This document shows, piece after piece, positions 37,671 to 52,600 of a stretch of 64,000 bases of DNA. The stretch comes from Balanoglossus misakiensis (Eukaryota; Animalia; Hemichordata): positions 2,842,656-2,906,655 of the forward strand of contig CM082596.2 in NCBI GenBank assembly GCA_040954595.2. The letters run 5' to 3'. How positions within the stretch are numbered: position 1 is the stretch's first letter; each line of letters opens with the position of its first letter. Below the pieces are notes generated by a model that was not told where the DNA came from, did not search any database, and saw only the letters and a list, made by a program, of their open reading frames with translations. Made by a program: the position numbers and the translations under genes.

Positions 37671-40355
37671 AATAGTCAAATGACATACTGTTGGGTTTTG
37701 TACAGTTGTTGATTAATTTTGCTGCCACCCTAAACGTCTCCCTCTTGTCATTAAGACTTTCAGTTATTCGACCTTTCGTTTGACCTTCAGTTAGGTATGC
37801 ATGTGAGCTTGAACTTGGATTGAACTTCGAATGAAAATTGATCTGGGGTTTTCCATTGTGTGAGTGTGTCAATGAGTTCATGGCATGTCCATAGAGATGT
37901 ACATCGTAATGATTAGTGATACAAATTGTTGCATTATTCATAAGCGAAGACAAAATTTAAACTGACAACAACTCTTTTATTTGTTCTAATTAGGGTCTTA
38001 ATACACAAAGACCGCTATTCTTTCAGCCTTACAGATTAAATCATCTTATCAATACTGACAAAGCCATTTGTAAACAGCTTATCGTATTAGATCGATGGCT
38101 TTAAAGAGTTGCCAGCATGTATTATGTATGGAGTGGAACAGTTCAAAACACTGTGAATTTGTTGGCTGGCAGTGAAATTTCAACAAGAGTTTTATCGCAT
38201 TTGAAAAAAAGATACTCTCACAACTAGCGCTCTTTAATTAATGCGATATGTACACAAACTATGTCTGTTTCATGCGGTTGAAATGTAACAGTTTGCTGAA
38301 ATGGACACAGGTGATGTACATTTCTTCGCATTAACGAGAAACCAGTTTGAAGACTATTGGGACTCATCTTGACAGTGACATTCGCGACATTGACCTTGCA
38401 TTGTCAATATAAACAGGGGATATCGGACATTGCTGGGACCGCTACCTTTACGACCTTGTTCGACTTTTCGAGATGACCGTAATAATATGCGGTCTGGAAT
38501 GCAGACCTACACGTATAGCATGATATGTGTGATATGCGGTTGCAAGTTCAGCAGACGTCGAACGAACGGGCGGCATGCATGCACACACCAGCGGTCTTAC
38601 TGGCAGATTTCTCTCCCTTCGAACACGACAATGCCTACCTTTTCAAGCTCTCTGTCAATAGAATGGGACCTATGGGTAAAATACTGCGGGCCTTTTCACT
38701 TTTCAATTACCAAAACAATGACAACAATTGGTGACGGAAAAGTACCAAACAATGAATGTTAACTCAAAGCGCTTACATGGAAGGCCAATGGGTCACTCCC
38801 GGCATCTGAGTTTTATACATGCGTCACTCCTGAAAAACGTCTGCTGCTGTATGTGTGTGTACTCAGCATAGATCGATTTTGTTTTGGTTTGTGCCAATGG
38901 GAAGCAGCTGAAATCGATGTTTGTGTCTGTATGGGGGTTTGGGTGGTGTACAATACACACAAGGCTTGTCAAATTGGTCAATGCATAGTGTACAGCCTCG
39001 GGAGACTATGCAAGTTGTGCAGCGAGGGGTGGGACTGTAGCCGGGGTTGCTGCTCGGGGGTCCGCCGGAGCACACAGCGGTCCCCGTGTACAAATTTGCG
39101 TAACGTTGTCCTAGCTGACACATTTTGTTATAAATGATATACAGCGACTTGAATGATCGCGTGTTTGTCGAAGGGGCTTTGCGACAACACCGTGGACAAT
39201 GGCTTGGAACGCATTGAGTGGCGCAAAAGTGGTCTGCAGTGGCCCCTTTCATACCTGCTGTATGCTTCCCAAAAGAGTTCAAACAAATCGAAAACAATAA
39301 AACAGGCATTAATACGGACTGGTAAAATATTTGACAGACAACAGTGTTGGTGATACAATCATTTTTCCTTTGCCGTCCAGGACAAAAATTACAATAATGA
39401 CTTTTCACCAGCCAACTTACATCTTTTGCAAACAGCTTTAAGATGCTCTGTTTGAACTTTGAAAGTTAAGTAATCATTTTGGCTAAAACACAATTTGATG
39501 TTTCGCTGGACCATTCAGGTATCTCCAAGCTGGTCTTAGAGACAGCAAAATCTATTGTTCCCAATGACCAGGCGTATTTTCAGTTTTACAACTTTTTTTC
39601 CACCAAAGTTGTCCAATAACGTGTTGTCGGCCACTTTGCAGGGTTTGTTGAGAAACCACACACCAGCTTTTTAACTTTAAAGTGTAGTTGATTCGCAGAA
39701 CAAAAGTGGTACAATTGAACAAATTTCAAATGCTGTACATTCAGTAAGATTATTGCTTGAAGGAGAATAAAGTTTTTGCCTTTGCTAAAATTCTTTCAGA
39801 AAAGTGATATCCTCACTTCAATGTCACGGATGATTGGAAAATTTCATGCATAGTGTTTCAAGTGACATTATTTAGAGAATGGTTGACTTTTTAATATACC
39901 TAGTTTTCCTTTCGCTCATTTCGTAGTAGCACATCCAAAAAAGAGAAACCACATTGCTGAGATAAACACAGATAAAAAGCTGAAAATAGATTCATTACAG
40001 ATTTCTGTCCAACGTGTGAGCTGTCTGGGTTTGCATACCAGGCGTGTCGTGTTTCGCTGTGTAAAACGGTTAGCCTTGACAACGAATCAAGTACTGTTGT
40101 CACGCAAAAGACAACAACAACAATAACAGACGCACTTATGCACCACTGTCCAGTACTCTCATATCGTATGTGATATGCATATCACAATATCTTTGTACAC
40201 AACAATACACAATACTGGCACACTTAGCGTCTACACTATTAATTCGTACACATAAGTAACATGCCGACGGCTCTTGTATACCTATCCTTAGAACCACATG
40301 CAAAGGAGATCTATCTACTACTTTTCAAATTAGCGTAATGAAACCAACTCTCTGC

Positions 40356-40540
40356 GGGTGATTGGCCCCGTTATTGGGAATTTTAGTCCATCTGCCGTCA
40401 ACTTCAAGTATATTCAGACCACGACTGGGTCACATGACCACACCTCTCCACCAAACGACTTTGAATATGTAATCACTTGTGATTGGCGGGGTTAGGGGAA
40501 GGGATAGATATATTCGCGCATTTGCGAGCCAATATTGCGC
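40356..40540 (+). promoter_or_regulatory. Candidate UBE2E promoter: several CCAAT/ATTGG boxes, E-box GTCACATGAC, GC-box-like GGCGGGG
   Basis: Motif cluster about 1 kb upstream of the UBE2E ATG, at the start of a CpG-richer stretch. Confidence 0.4.
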
Positions 40541-41524
40541 AACGGGAAATATGCATTTCCTAGGAAAAAGATGTAAATGTTAATTTCACTGCTGTTAAGA
40601 GATAGGACGGCAATTAGGAGGGTACAATTAGTTTCTGACGGCTGTCATTTCCTAATTGCCGATGTGAAGTTGACGTGTATGCGAGCTGTTCCTGAAAGCG
40701 ACACCCCCTTCTAATGGGTGACCGATTTCAGGGAATATCGCCCACCCATTTGCCAATGGCCGCAGATATCCAGTATTTCGGCTACTCTAATTACCTATCA
40801 CACCTATATTTCACGGAAGATAAACCCCCTTGGCATCAAAAAGGTCGTTGCCATGACGAATCAATAAGAAATAAATCATCGAAGTTTTTCAGGGGGAGGT
40901 GTATGGAACAGCCGCCGTTCATTTGCTGGACACACGCCGAAAACATTTTCTCGTCTCTCCTACGAAATTAGCTTATTTCCAACGGCGAATTTCACCGTTT
41001 CAGTTTGAGTTGCTAGTGCCGATTTTTCACTTGTCGGATTCTACAGGGTTTGTTACTTCGTTTGGTGTATATTTTGACGAGTTTTGTTGAATTTTGTCTT
41101 TTCAGTTGCCATGTCATTGTTGAAGGTTTTATGCCTCAATTATTCCCTTTATTGCCCTCATCTTTAGTCTATTTGTAAAGCAGACAGTGGTTATTCCTGA
41201 AGAACTCTTCTTTTTTCTGCCGTGCAAAATTTTACCGATTGGAATCGCAGGTCATCTAGGGGGCTTTGCACAGTGATTCCGTATGTTGTAATTCGGGGTT
41301 TTTAGTGTATTTTCATTTACTTGTAATCTGATTCGCTTTGTATCGAGAGGCGTACAGTAAGCATCAGAAGAGAGTCTACCGTCGGATGAACGTGCTCCCC
41401 CTACTCGGAATCATCCGGTGGCCTTCACCCGCGACAAATCTCCTCGACTTCCGTCGGTTTGTGTTCATAGTTCTCCGCATTTTGGATTCTTCCAGACTTG
41501 GATCGGGACACAAGGGAATGTAAA

Positions 41525-42219
41525 ATGTCAAGCGAGCGTGGAGAAAGCTCAGGATCGAGTGGGAACGAGCGGGATAGAGAGGACCACAAACAGCAGCAGA
41601 ATCGCCGGCGTGGAAACGATCATAAAGAAACCAAGGCGTTGGTGTCTACCAAATGGAGCAAAGCGTTAACCACAAGCGCTAAAAGGTACACGGCATACAC
41701 TGATATATTTTCGTTCCTCATCTATGGGAGATCGAGATTAAAGGAAACAGTGTTGAGAATCAAGTCCTGAATGCGGCGTTTTTTTCATCGGATCGATTTG
41801 TAAACGGCGTATGGGCAGACATTAACATGTCGAAATGTAAAGTCCACTCTCTGTAATACTATCAAGCATCTAATTTGCATATAAGCTAAAAACGTTTCCC
41901 GTTCGAAGCTGACGTAAATCCAACCCTACAAACCATCAAAAAATTGTCGCAAATTGCATAAGCTTTAAATTGGTGTCGAAATTATGGGGGTTTATGGCTT
42001 TTGATCGGAGAAATTTGAGTTTGAAATTTTACTCGTAGGTCAGTAAGGACGGCCATGTTTTTGTCTAGCCGACGGGTCAGTGATTATTTTCGTCTCTTTG
42101 TTTCCAATGCTCATAAAGGGCAGTTATTTCTCTAATCATCGGGGTTTCTGTTTGTTTTTCTCCTACAGGATCCAAAAAGAGCTGGCTGAGATCACTTTGG
42201 ACCCACCACCTAACTGCAG
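41525..42219 (+). CDS. UBE2E: Ubiquitin-conjugating enzyme E2 E (class III, UBE2E/UbcD2-like), first two coding exons; the gene continues beyond the window
   Basis: Exons 41525-41685 and 42169-42219 (phase 2, GT-AG) give a low-complexity N-terminal extension followed by LTTSAKR|IQKELAEITLDPPPNC(S), the UBE2E signature. The next exon (AGPKGDNIYEW...) was not found by eye before 64000. Confidence 0.9.
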
Positions 42220-45200
42220 GTTAAAAGAAATCTCTTATTTTTTCCCAGCTATGAGTGTGTACGTGTGTGCATAAGGGGTGTTGAGTGGATGAGATTTCAA
42301 ATAATTCCAAGGCTTGGCGTGTGGCAGAGAAATCCTGTCAGTGTGCGATTCTAAACAAAATAGCGAATATAAATAATAGATGCCAACATGGAAGGCATGG
42401 TAGATCTTTTCTTTGGAAAAGACGCCAGGTCACAGAGAGGAAATATCGCGTGTATCACTTACTCAGCCCACTTATCAATTATAACCAATGTTGCAGTCTA
42501 TCAACTTCATGTTGACTATGATTGTAAAGGGGTTTATTTTCGTAATTTCAATAACACGGGTGTTGGTCAGTGAGCCTCGCAGATAATTCTCTGAGAGCAT
42601 TGATAATGACTGCCATTGTTAGGAAATGAACAAGGAAAGGGGACATTTTGTGTTGATTTCAAGGGGGGATTCCTGTGTTGCCAAGCGTTGCTCTAGATTT
42701 CAGATCCTGGAGTGTTATTTCAGAATCATTATGTCAGAGGTGCAAATGCGGTCTCTGGCCTTCCCCTCTATGGGTGTTCTGTGAAATACTTGCCACCTTT
42801 TCACAATGTGTTAATTGTGGGGAAGAACTGGTGCTTGTGTGAACACTGGCTTGTTCAGCTTACAAGGGTTTTGACAGACAGTCAAAATAAATGATCTAAG
42901 GGTGAAATTGTGGCTTCCTGGTCCCCAAATGTATGACAGTATGTATCACACTTCCTTTGTTCTTCTTTACCATGGGAGGAAGTTGAAAGGAGTAAACCCA
43001 CTTGGTCACTCAGTCATTGAAAAATAATTGACCCCTGAGTATTTCTTTTTATTTCAAGCTTGACAGATCATAATTTAATCATCACAATTTTTACGAGCAT
43101 GATTGATAAATCATAACCTTAAAACAATGCATTTGTTGGATTCTGGAATATGGTGGGCGTGGTTCGATTTCTCTTAATTGCATTATGCTTTGATGAGTTT
43201 CATAGATAAAAATTAAAAATCAAAGCATATACACAGAGCTTTTTTGTATGAAAATGAATTAAACTGTAGTCCCAAGTATAAGCTTTTCTGCTGTGTTGCT
43301 AGGGCTTTGATTAGTCAAATGAAGATGATATACCAGTCTTGACCATGTTTAGCACCTTTTGGGCTGGTACTGTTAGTCACATCCTCTAATGTGCAGGGGA
43401 TGGCAAGACCCTGCTTATTTTTCTGAATGCCCTGTGAATTGAATGTAATGTGATTTGACCCTGCAGTCAAGCTCATCAGAAATGGAAAATGTATCTGACA
43501 GGTTAAGAATCCTCGATCGTTCTAAACTCCAGACAGGGGCAGCAGTGTAGCATAAGCCAGGTTACTTAAATGAAATATCAGTGAAGATTCCGACAATCAA
43601 ATGTACAGCTAGGATGTGATGAGGACAGAAAGATTAACCCTTTCACCCCCATATAATATAAGGTGATATTCCTGTCCAGAGTTTGGTAGAATCCTTGCAC
43701 AAAGTAGGAAGGGGCTTGGTATCGCCGTGGTCATACCAGTTTGTTTGGTTGAATTTGAACAGGGATAGTAGCTGGAGCTTTTGACTTTTCTTTCTGTTTA
43801 GTTCTGCATTTCAACTCTTTTCTTGTTCTGCTTCCTATAGCTCTCTGCCTAGCCCATTATTCTCCTGTCAACATAGCTTTTATATGTGTGACGACCAATG
43901 TTATTGTTGACAAAGGAATTCAGTTCAATTTTCAACAGTAACTGTGTTGTCTGCACATATATGGGTACTAGTGACGAGAAGCTAAATTCTGAACACTTCA
44001 TATTTTGATAAATCAAACAAGATGGAAATACACAACAACAAAGAACAGTCAACTGATATTGCTAATGGAGCTTCGATCTCCAAACCTTCAGACCCAGGGT
44101 CACCATTATGTGCTGTTTACATAAACACTTAGGAGACTATTGAAATTTCGATGTTGCTTTGGTTTGAACCTGATCATGACTATACTGCTTTTAGCCTTTT
44201 AGGAAGTTTGATCATTTTCCTCAGAACTCTTTCTTCTAGATTCTGTTCGAATATGTTCTAAGGTAAAACGGTTTGATTCTGTATCACAAAGGGGTTTGGA
44301 CAATCAGGGTTTTTTTGCATTATCATATCATTATCAGGCCATCATAGATGAACTGATGAAATATCTACTGTGTTATATCTGAAATAATGGGTTCGTCCTA
44401 CTGGAAATCATACGTCGGTGTCTTTATCTGTGTTTGAGCCAGTGTGTCATTGTTGCTCATGATCATGAAATTTAGACTTGTGTTACTGTTAGTCAAAGTG
44501 TGAATTCTATACTCGTTATTGAGTGTTACAAGAACCCTAATGTTTTTCTCAGTTGTTTGAAACTGCACAGGCATAAATGGGAGGGTTTGACGTGAATCCT
44601 ACGGTCTATTGTTCTGTCTGTGCAGGTCATTGGGTGGAATTCTGTGAAATCTGAAGTAGTCAGTAGGAAGAAAAGAATTTCCATCTGTGCATCCATGTAA
44701 GATTTTGGGATGAGGCTAGGGGCTTCATCAAGAATATAGGATATTGAAATGATTCAGGTTAAAAGACTTTCTCCTATACTTACATGTCGATCGAGAATCA
44801 CAAAAAATATGTGTGTCACACTCACAGATCTAGGAATGGTTTGCTTCTCAAAGTCTGTCTTGTGGTGTCAGGTGACAGAAGCCTTGCAATGTTGGAATAG
44901 AGGTTTCTGTACCTCTGATTAAATCCAACATTTAAAATGTTATATGATTCACATTCTGTAGGCTATGTCTGCCACTATGTGACCATAAAGTAATGAACGT
45001 AGCGTAGATTTTGTATGAAAAAAAGCTAACTACATGTTGGAATCAGTAAGAATCTAACACCATAACCAATAAATCAAAGTCGGGCAGAATATTCTCATGT
45101 AAAGGGTGTGTCTCTGAAATAGGTATAGTGAACAAAATCTAAACAGCACTCCAGTCGAGATAAACTGAATTATTAGTCCCTCTGTTAATTTTGTGAAACC

Positions 45201-46111
45201 AGCCAAGTGTGTGAAAGCAAAGAGATTTGTCCAAACAACGTACATTCCATTTGTGAGCCATGTCAACACAATCTTACATTATTCTCATGTATGGACATTT
45301 CAGAAAGTTACCAGAATCTCCACCATGTATATTTCCATTTCACTCTGGCAGGAAACTGACATATTCTTGTGAACACTGAAGTCACCAGAAAGATCTTACT
45401 GTCTCCTTTCTGCTATAATGTTGTCTTTTACTGGTGAAATTCTAAAATGTTGAAAATTTGTTGTTGAGGCACAGTGGCATATGTTTTGATAATCATTCTG
45501 GTGTTTTCACAGAAATCACCTCTTAGCATCAGCACTTAAAGATCTAGTCCATAGAATTAGTAATTAGCAAAATATATGTGGACATTGAAATAAAAACCAA
45601 TTTTCCTCACCAGTACAATATATATAAGTACAGCATGTTAGTCCATTGTGCTCAAAATGAGCATTGCTCTTACCCAGTGATTAATGATTTATAGGCATAT
45701 CTGATTTGAGACCTGCCTTTCTTCCTGAGATAACTGGGTGTTTGCTTGTAGTTCTTTGTCTTTTTATTCACCAACATACATTTTCTGTTTATATTTGACA
45801 AGCTTAAATTGATCGCTCTCAAGCTGTTTCAGATTCAAATGCGATATTCTGCGAGGTGTAATGTAGTCAGCAACCATTTTGATATTCACATAATGTCAGT
45901 GAGATTACAAATACATTTTTGATCGGAATGACACAGCGTTTGGGGAAAATGGCCTGGAATATGTTTGGAATTGATTAGAATATTGTGTTAACAATGAGGA
46001 AGGCTGGCGGTACTGGAGGTCCTTTAGAAACTCATAAATCAACAGCTTTTTAATGACAAAGAAGCCATACTCAAGGTCATGTTAGTGAATGGTTTTCATG
46101 AGATTTACATT

Positions 46112-46155
46112 GAGAGGGAGAGGGGGGGGGGGGAGAGAGAGACAAACAGAGAGAG

Positions 46156-46187
<32 letters not shown>

Positions 46188-46215
46188 GCAGAAAGAGACA
46201 GACAGAGAGAGAGAC
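46112..46215. repeat. G-run plus (GA)n/GACA purine-rich microsatellite
   Basis: Directly visible. It causes the ERER ORFs. Confidence 0.9.
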
Positions 46216-46610
46216 AGCCAGCCAGACACACAAAGAAACAGGCAGAGACGAGGAAAGGAACAAGCTCAAGTTAGAGACAGCAGTAAGGCAGGGATAGATT
46301 GAAGCTCAGCCATGAGACACATGTTTTAAAGGATAGAGATATTTTAGTGAATTTGGTTGACACTTTTCTGGAAAAAGTGCTGGTGCTGTAAAGCCTTGAG
46401 CTGTTTTAATACCCTAGTATACTTTGTTGAAAGCACAGTGCAGTCATACTATCATACCAGTAGCATGGAAATTAACAGTTTTCAGCATCGAAATATGACT
46501 TGTCACAACAGGGCTACTCAGACAACCTTGGCTAATTATATATATAGCATGAATATTTGATTACACAACGGACAAATGGGAACAAAAGGGGAGGGGGGAA
46601 AGATCGAACA

Positions 46611-46686
46611 GATAGATAGTCAGTCAGTCAGTCAGTCAGTCAGGCAGGCAGGCAGGCAAGCAAGCAAGCAAGCAGACAGACAGACA
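46611..46686. repeat. Compound tetranucleotide microsatellite (GATA)(CAGT)n(CAGG)n(CAAG)n(CAGA)n
   Basis: Directly visible. Confidence 0.9.
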
Positions 46687-49600
46687 GGGACAAAACTGGA
46701 GCGTGTCATGGGAGAGATGAAACAGACAGACCGACATACAGGGGGTGGGCAGACAGGCAGGCGGACATTCAGACAGAGACTGACAACCACAGCATGTCAT
46801 TCAGATGGACAGACATTTAGGCCTGCTGCATGGGGGGCCAGATGAAGCTGGTCATTGTAAAAGAGGTTTCTGTCTTCTCCAACCATAAAGAGCCCATGAT
46901 AAATGGATAAATCAATTATGAGAGATCATAAAACATAAGCGAAGCTAGTTCATTTTACCGTTCTGCTCTCTTGTGAATTATCTCCGAGGTATTTTCACGG
47001 CAGTCATGTTGTAACCCTTATTTCCATGTTAAGTAGATTTACTCCCCCCAAGTCGGGAAAACACTTGGAGTGACCAGACGGAATTCAGCAAATAGGGATG
47101 ACAGGGTTAATCCTCGATCACCCCTGTGTTTAGCCAGGTTGACTGACCTCCCATCACTTAGTCATGTTGGTTTTTCTGTCATTATTGAAATGCCTGATTT
47201 ACGAGTTTCCAATTTTGTCTTTTCTAAGCATTTGTTAGGAAGTCTGACATGAAATCAGTGTTGTTTGATTCAAACTTGGCATGTGTGAATTGAATCCTAT
47301 TTGCATGGTCGGTGGTTTCTTTTGTCTGTGAAGTCGTGAAAATGCATCTAAAATTCGGAAGATTGTGCGTAATACTGTATCACATGCTGGTTATTGCAGA
47401 CTCTCGCGGCTAGTACAAGTCATTTAAATAACGGTTGTGATTTACAAGGGAGGGAACCAGAGTTTTGACAGAAAGTCAGAAAGACAAATAGGCGCAGAGA
47501 TTGGCATTCAACTCGACTTGAAAGGATAAAGCTTATTTATTCAAAGGTGTAGTGACTCTAGGAGAGGGGACAAAGGACTCCGCTAGTTCATTACCAAAAC
47601 AACATGAGTGCGGACAGTTAAATTTTTATGAAGAATCCACAATGACCTGAAAGTGAAAAGGAATGCTAAAAGGGGAAATGCGCTGGTGGAACGATAGCTT
47701 TAAAAAAACACTGGAAACAAAAAAATCAATATGTATGCTTAATTGGATTGGTTGACATTCTCTCGCTTAAATGTTGTGGTTTTTGGAATTTTTAGGTGGG
47801 TGGGGGTGTAATGTTTAGGTAGGCAACGCCAACCCATGACTGGTTGTGTACATTTCTGGTGATTCTGTGTAATGGGTGACATGGATATCATGTAGATGCA
47901 TGTGTGTACAAGTGTCTTTGTTACCACAGTATGACCCGATGTGTGATTGTGTTTGGGCTTGATCTCATTGGGTTTGGGGGGAAGTGTATTAAACGTGGAG
48001 TTAGGGGAGGGGGGGTAAGAGAGAGGGAGAGATTGGGACAATGAGTTGATGTCACACAGTCAAAGATTTAGGGTGTGTTCATTTGTGTATAGGAGGACTT
48101 TTGTGAAAAGGGACTATACTTTCCCTGAAGATTGATGACAGGATTAAAGTGTACAATTGCCCCAGACAGTGACAATAGACAGAATAATCTCACAATTTTT
48201 TGCCTGAAAGGAAGTTTTGACAAGATTTCAGGCAGGGTGTGACGTCAGTTTCATGCAACATGAAATGCACACCCATTAGTTATATCTGATTGGCTTGATT
48301 ACAAAATTGACAATCCAATATTTCATCATGTTTTATTGAACAAAAGGAGGTCAGGATATTGTCGAATAAACATTTTTAGCTTTGAACACAACAACTCTCT
48401 CTGGGGAAAGCGTTATGGTTTTGTTCACTTGATAAAATTGTTGGTGTACCTTTAGATTTGGTTTAGATGTGTACCATGTCACAAGCATTAGGTTTCTAGA
48501 CGTGTGAGTGCTTTGATACTGTGCAACAAACCCTGTTTGTTTAGCTGAGCACTTGTGCAGAAGGAATTCTACTGAAATGTTAGAATATTTTACCCGTGTT
48601 CGAACACTTGATGGCAGGAGATTTCAGAGTGTATGATATGCCAGCTTTGGGAGTTTTCAAAGCACACTGTTTGATTCAGCATTACTAATTGCGTTTTATC
48701 CCTCGAAGAAATATCCAGGAGATTAAAAAATGTAATAATATAGTAAATGTCTTCAATTCAAGGATGCTTGGAAGGTCGTCTCAAAATAGACACAAATCAT
48801 GTTTAAATAAAAGAAATATGACAGGAATAATTTAACTTCAAGTGATGCTGATCCTCTGTGACGTAGAATATATTTAACTATTTGGATGCAAATTTCTCCT
48901 GGAGATATTGATAAATAAAACAGTACATGGGCAATTTCACAAATTCCAAATTCTGTATTTACAGATAGTACATGGAACTGTCAAAATAGCGTTTGTTTGC
49001 TTTGTATTGTGATTTTAGGGATGAATGCCCAAGTTCTTAGTAAAGGTAGAAGTGTGGCACTTGGAGTCTCTGCGACAATAGTGCTGTTCAGTTAATCAAG
49101 AGTCTGATGTTGAGACCATTGTGTGAAATAGTGTATGTATAACCTTCGGTTCTACAACTTGAGGCATACCTTTGTCGCTAAGAACAGGGCTGCTGGCTTT
49201 TCAGAGTGTGACCGGTGTGTCTAGTATGTGATTGATAAGGTACTACTAGTAGGAGCTAATAATGTGACTGAGAAGAATGCCATTGTTTGCGATACATTTA
49301 TGTAAATATCAACAGCCAATGAGATGCACTGAAATCAGACCATGTGACCAGATGAAATAATTGGGGAACATTTTCTGTGGTACCACCCTTTACAAAGACT
49401 ATTTACATAATGACATATTGCTGTAAATATTATTTACATATTTGTAAGTTGTCTGGTTCAATAGTTAACTGATTTCACAGCACAGATGTTGTATTGTTAT
49501 TATATATAATCACATCTTATAAATTTGATCTTATTTCAGTATTAACATGTGGCAGCTAAACATGACACAGTTTCATTGATGTCCATATCGAATTGTGGTC

Positions 49601-52600
49601 ATGAGGAAACGCCTGTTCCTTATGTGAAATATTTTTCTTTACTCAAATTGTCTGCTTTCAACTGCTTCCTTTGCAAAGCTTTGTGTGCATAGTTAATGTC
49701 ATCTGAAGTTGGCAACTCGGTCAGGTATCCAGGAATATGTAAGAGTAGGCAGTTTTATAATGCATCGGATTTGTGTGGTGATAATCTTTTTTAATAAATT
49801 TGTCAATCAGATTGATTGGCAGATTGGTGGCTTGGTCAGGGTGTGCTTGGAATGTTGACAGTGAATGGTGATGCCGTACACATAGTGATGAAGTAACCTT
49901 TGACCCTCTGAGTCAGGCCTTGGAATCTGTATACGTATTGCCTTATTCTCAAGTTTGCCAGGCAACCAGAAACCACAGAACCCATGCTTACAGCCAGCTG
50001 TAGCTTTCGATGAGAGGACAGCTGTTGTTTCCTGCTATGCCTGTCATGGATGAGAATTTATAAAAACAAGAAGTCAATATGAGAAATCATTAATATCAAC
50101 ATCTCCTTATATTGTTCATATTGACTGATATTCCAACCAAATCATAGAGTCTGGAGAATTTGTCATGTTAGGCCATAGAGGTTTAGAGGGGTACACGGCA
50201 CCACCCTAATAAGACTCTGTGAAACTCCACTGAGAAATTTCTCGAACAATAGCTAGAAAAGACCACCCATCCATCTGCTTTGGGGTGATTGAATTGTGTT
50301 TGTCATTTGCTTGCAAGTTGTCGATTCTGCAGGAAAGTGATACTTGCGAACTGTATAATTTGATCCACAGGGAATGAAACTATCGTGTGATACATTATGT
50401 ATCATAATTTTAGAAATATAGAGACCGTCAGTCTGTATTACCTGAGCTTTTGTCACATGATCTCTTTGTTTGCTTTTTTCCTTCACTTTTGTAAAATCTG
50501 AGCATATTAAAATTGCTCATTGTCAAAAATGAATGGCAAGTGGAAAAAAAAGCAGTGAAGAATTCCCACTTGTTAACGACCCATAGAAATTATTGATACC
50601 AGTATTTTTCTCGTAAGTGAAGCAGGGGTACAAGGTGAAATACATCTGTGGCTATTAATTGTAATCAGCGTGAACACCTCATCGAGCGTTCAGAACAGGT
50701 AATGGTGAGAGCAGTAACGATTGTGGCTTCTTCAAGAGCCACATCCGAGGAATTTAAATCAACAAACTCTTGCCCAGAAGTTCTGTGTGGATTGAGTGAA
50801 ACCAATCCCTGAGACAGGCGCTTGGTAAAAACCTGCTGAGATTCAATACCTGTATTTGTCACTATGGGTTGCATAATTATCATTAGCAGTGATAGTGATG
50901 TCCGTCACTGCACAGCGAAATTCGCCCAGGGTTTAGCCAATTATTTCGCTGACATTGGCAAGTGCGATGTTTTTCTTTGGTGTTTGCTGATGACCCTTTG
51001 TTAGTGTCACATCTATTGTGCTTGCATTACCAGCAGGACCAGAGAAACTGTTTGCTATGGAGCCGACAAAATTGACATTCCGTACAGTCAGAACAAATGT
51101 GTATTTTCTTAAACTTGTGAAGAATAAACAGATCTCCAAATGACTTCTTTCTGGAATAAAAAAGATGTTCCTTTTCTTCAAATATGAGTGTGACTGAAAA
51201 ACACATTGCACATTATGCGTGTGGTGATAATTGGCTATTGTCATGAGACTTGTTATGTCTGTGTTGAGAATTGAGACAGATCTGCATGTTTTATTTTCCC
51301 CCAAGTTGTTTGATGTGACAAATACGTTTGGATGGCAGATGGTATGTGAATTGGCTCCAGGATAGAAAGAAAATTGGCTAGGACAAAAATAATTGTTTTT
51401 GTGCAAATAAAACAAATAATCATCAGTTATGTTGGTGACAGTTGTATTTTTTTCTCTCAGTTAAATTTTCTACAGTGTGATTAGAATCACGTTGGGAAGG
51501 GCTTGTTTTTTCTTTTTCCTTGCCATTGTTGTATTTGTATAGACCCAGTCCCTATACCTCTGATGAGGCAAAGACTTAGATTTGAGGACAGCAGAAGAAA
51601 AGCATAACAGGCCGACCACATCTATACATGATTGTAAACATTATTGGCGTCACCTATATCTTTCACTGGTATGTGTATCTATAACTTGCTACATAGGGTT
51701 TGCTCACGATTTTCAGTATACCTGAAAGGGCTATGTGACAATACCACAGTCTCAGACAAACTGCTGTAAGTTACATTTCATCTGTATACAGTTAGATCAC
51801 TTCGCAAGCTCCACAGCATCGGAGTGTGTTTGGTTTTCCTATGGTGATATCACATTTCAGCTATCATGGGTTTTTATTTCGAAAGTATACTGTGCATTCA
51901 ACATATACTGTCCAGCGGACACACGTTTGGTTTTCGTAATATAATATCTCGTCTCCGCAGTTGGGTTTTCACTGGAAAATATTGGTGTTGCTGTCATTTT
52001 GTCCCCAAGGTTGTGTCGTGTCAGTTTTGATTTTCATCACAAAACATCCCGGCAGATCTCGTCTGTTTCATTGTAATACTATGATGTGTATTTGGTGTTC
52101 ATTTCACCATGGGCATACATCATATGCGGATTGCATATATATAATTATTATTATATATACATGTTGAGTTCAGGATCAGCTGCTCAGTGTGGACGTAGAG
52201 TTGTACGCTTAATAACATCACAAAAGAGATGAAATCAAATGCTGTTCTTGTTACTATATCCTCCTGGTGTAGCTATTTTTAGTTTCCATAGTAAAATAGC
52301 AATATGGTTCGAGCATGTAAATTTTATCTCTTTGTTAAACTGGTCACACGAGTAAGCCTTCAGTTCTCACTCGCCATTGATCCTTAGAAATCTTTGTATC
52401 ACATGAATCAGTCATGTCAAGTTTCCATCATTTCAAATGCCAGCATGTATCACAATTCATGTTGTGCGGTGTTCGCATTTGTGTGTTGCATTTCCTCGTG
52501 AATTTCTGCATCTCATGCAGTGTGTATGTTGCGCCAGATCAAAGGTGGTTGCCCTCAACAAGGCATTGCGAGTATATCACATGGAGCTAACATGTTTAAA

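Noticed and set aside
38430-39408. Cys-rich overlapping ORFs between FADS and UBE2E
   Set aside because: The Cys richness comes from TG-rich composition. No consistent zinc-finger spacing or exon structure; possibly repeat-derived.
51029-51110. AGP-containing stretch as possible UBE2E exon 3
   Set aside because: The downstream residues (EKLFAMEPTK) do not match the conserved KGDNIYEW.STILGP.
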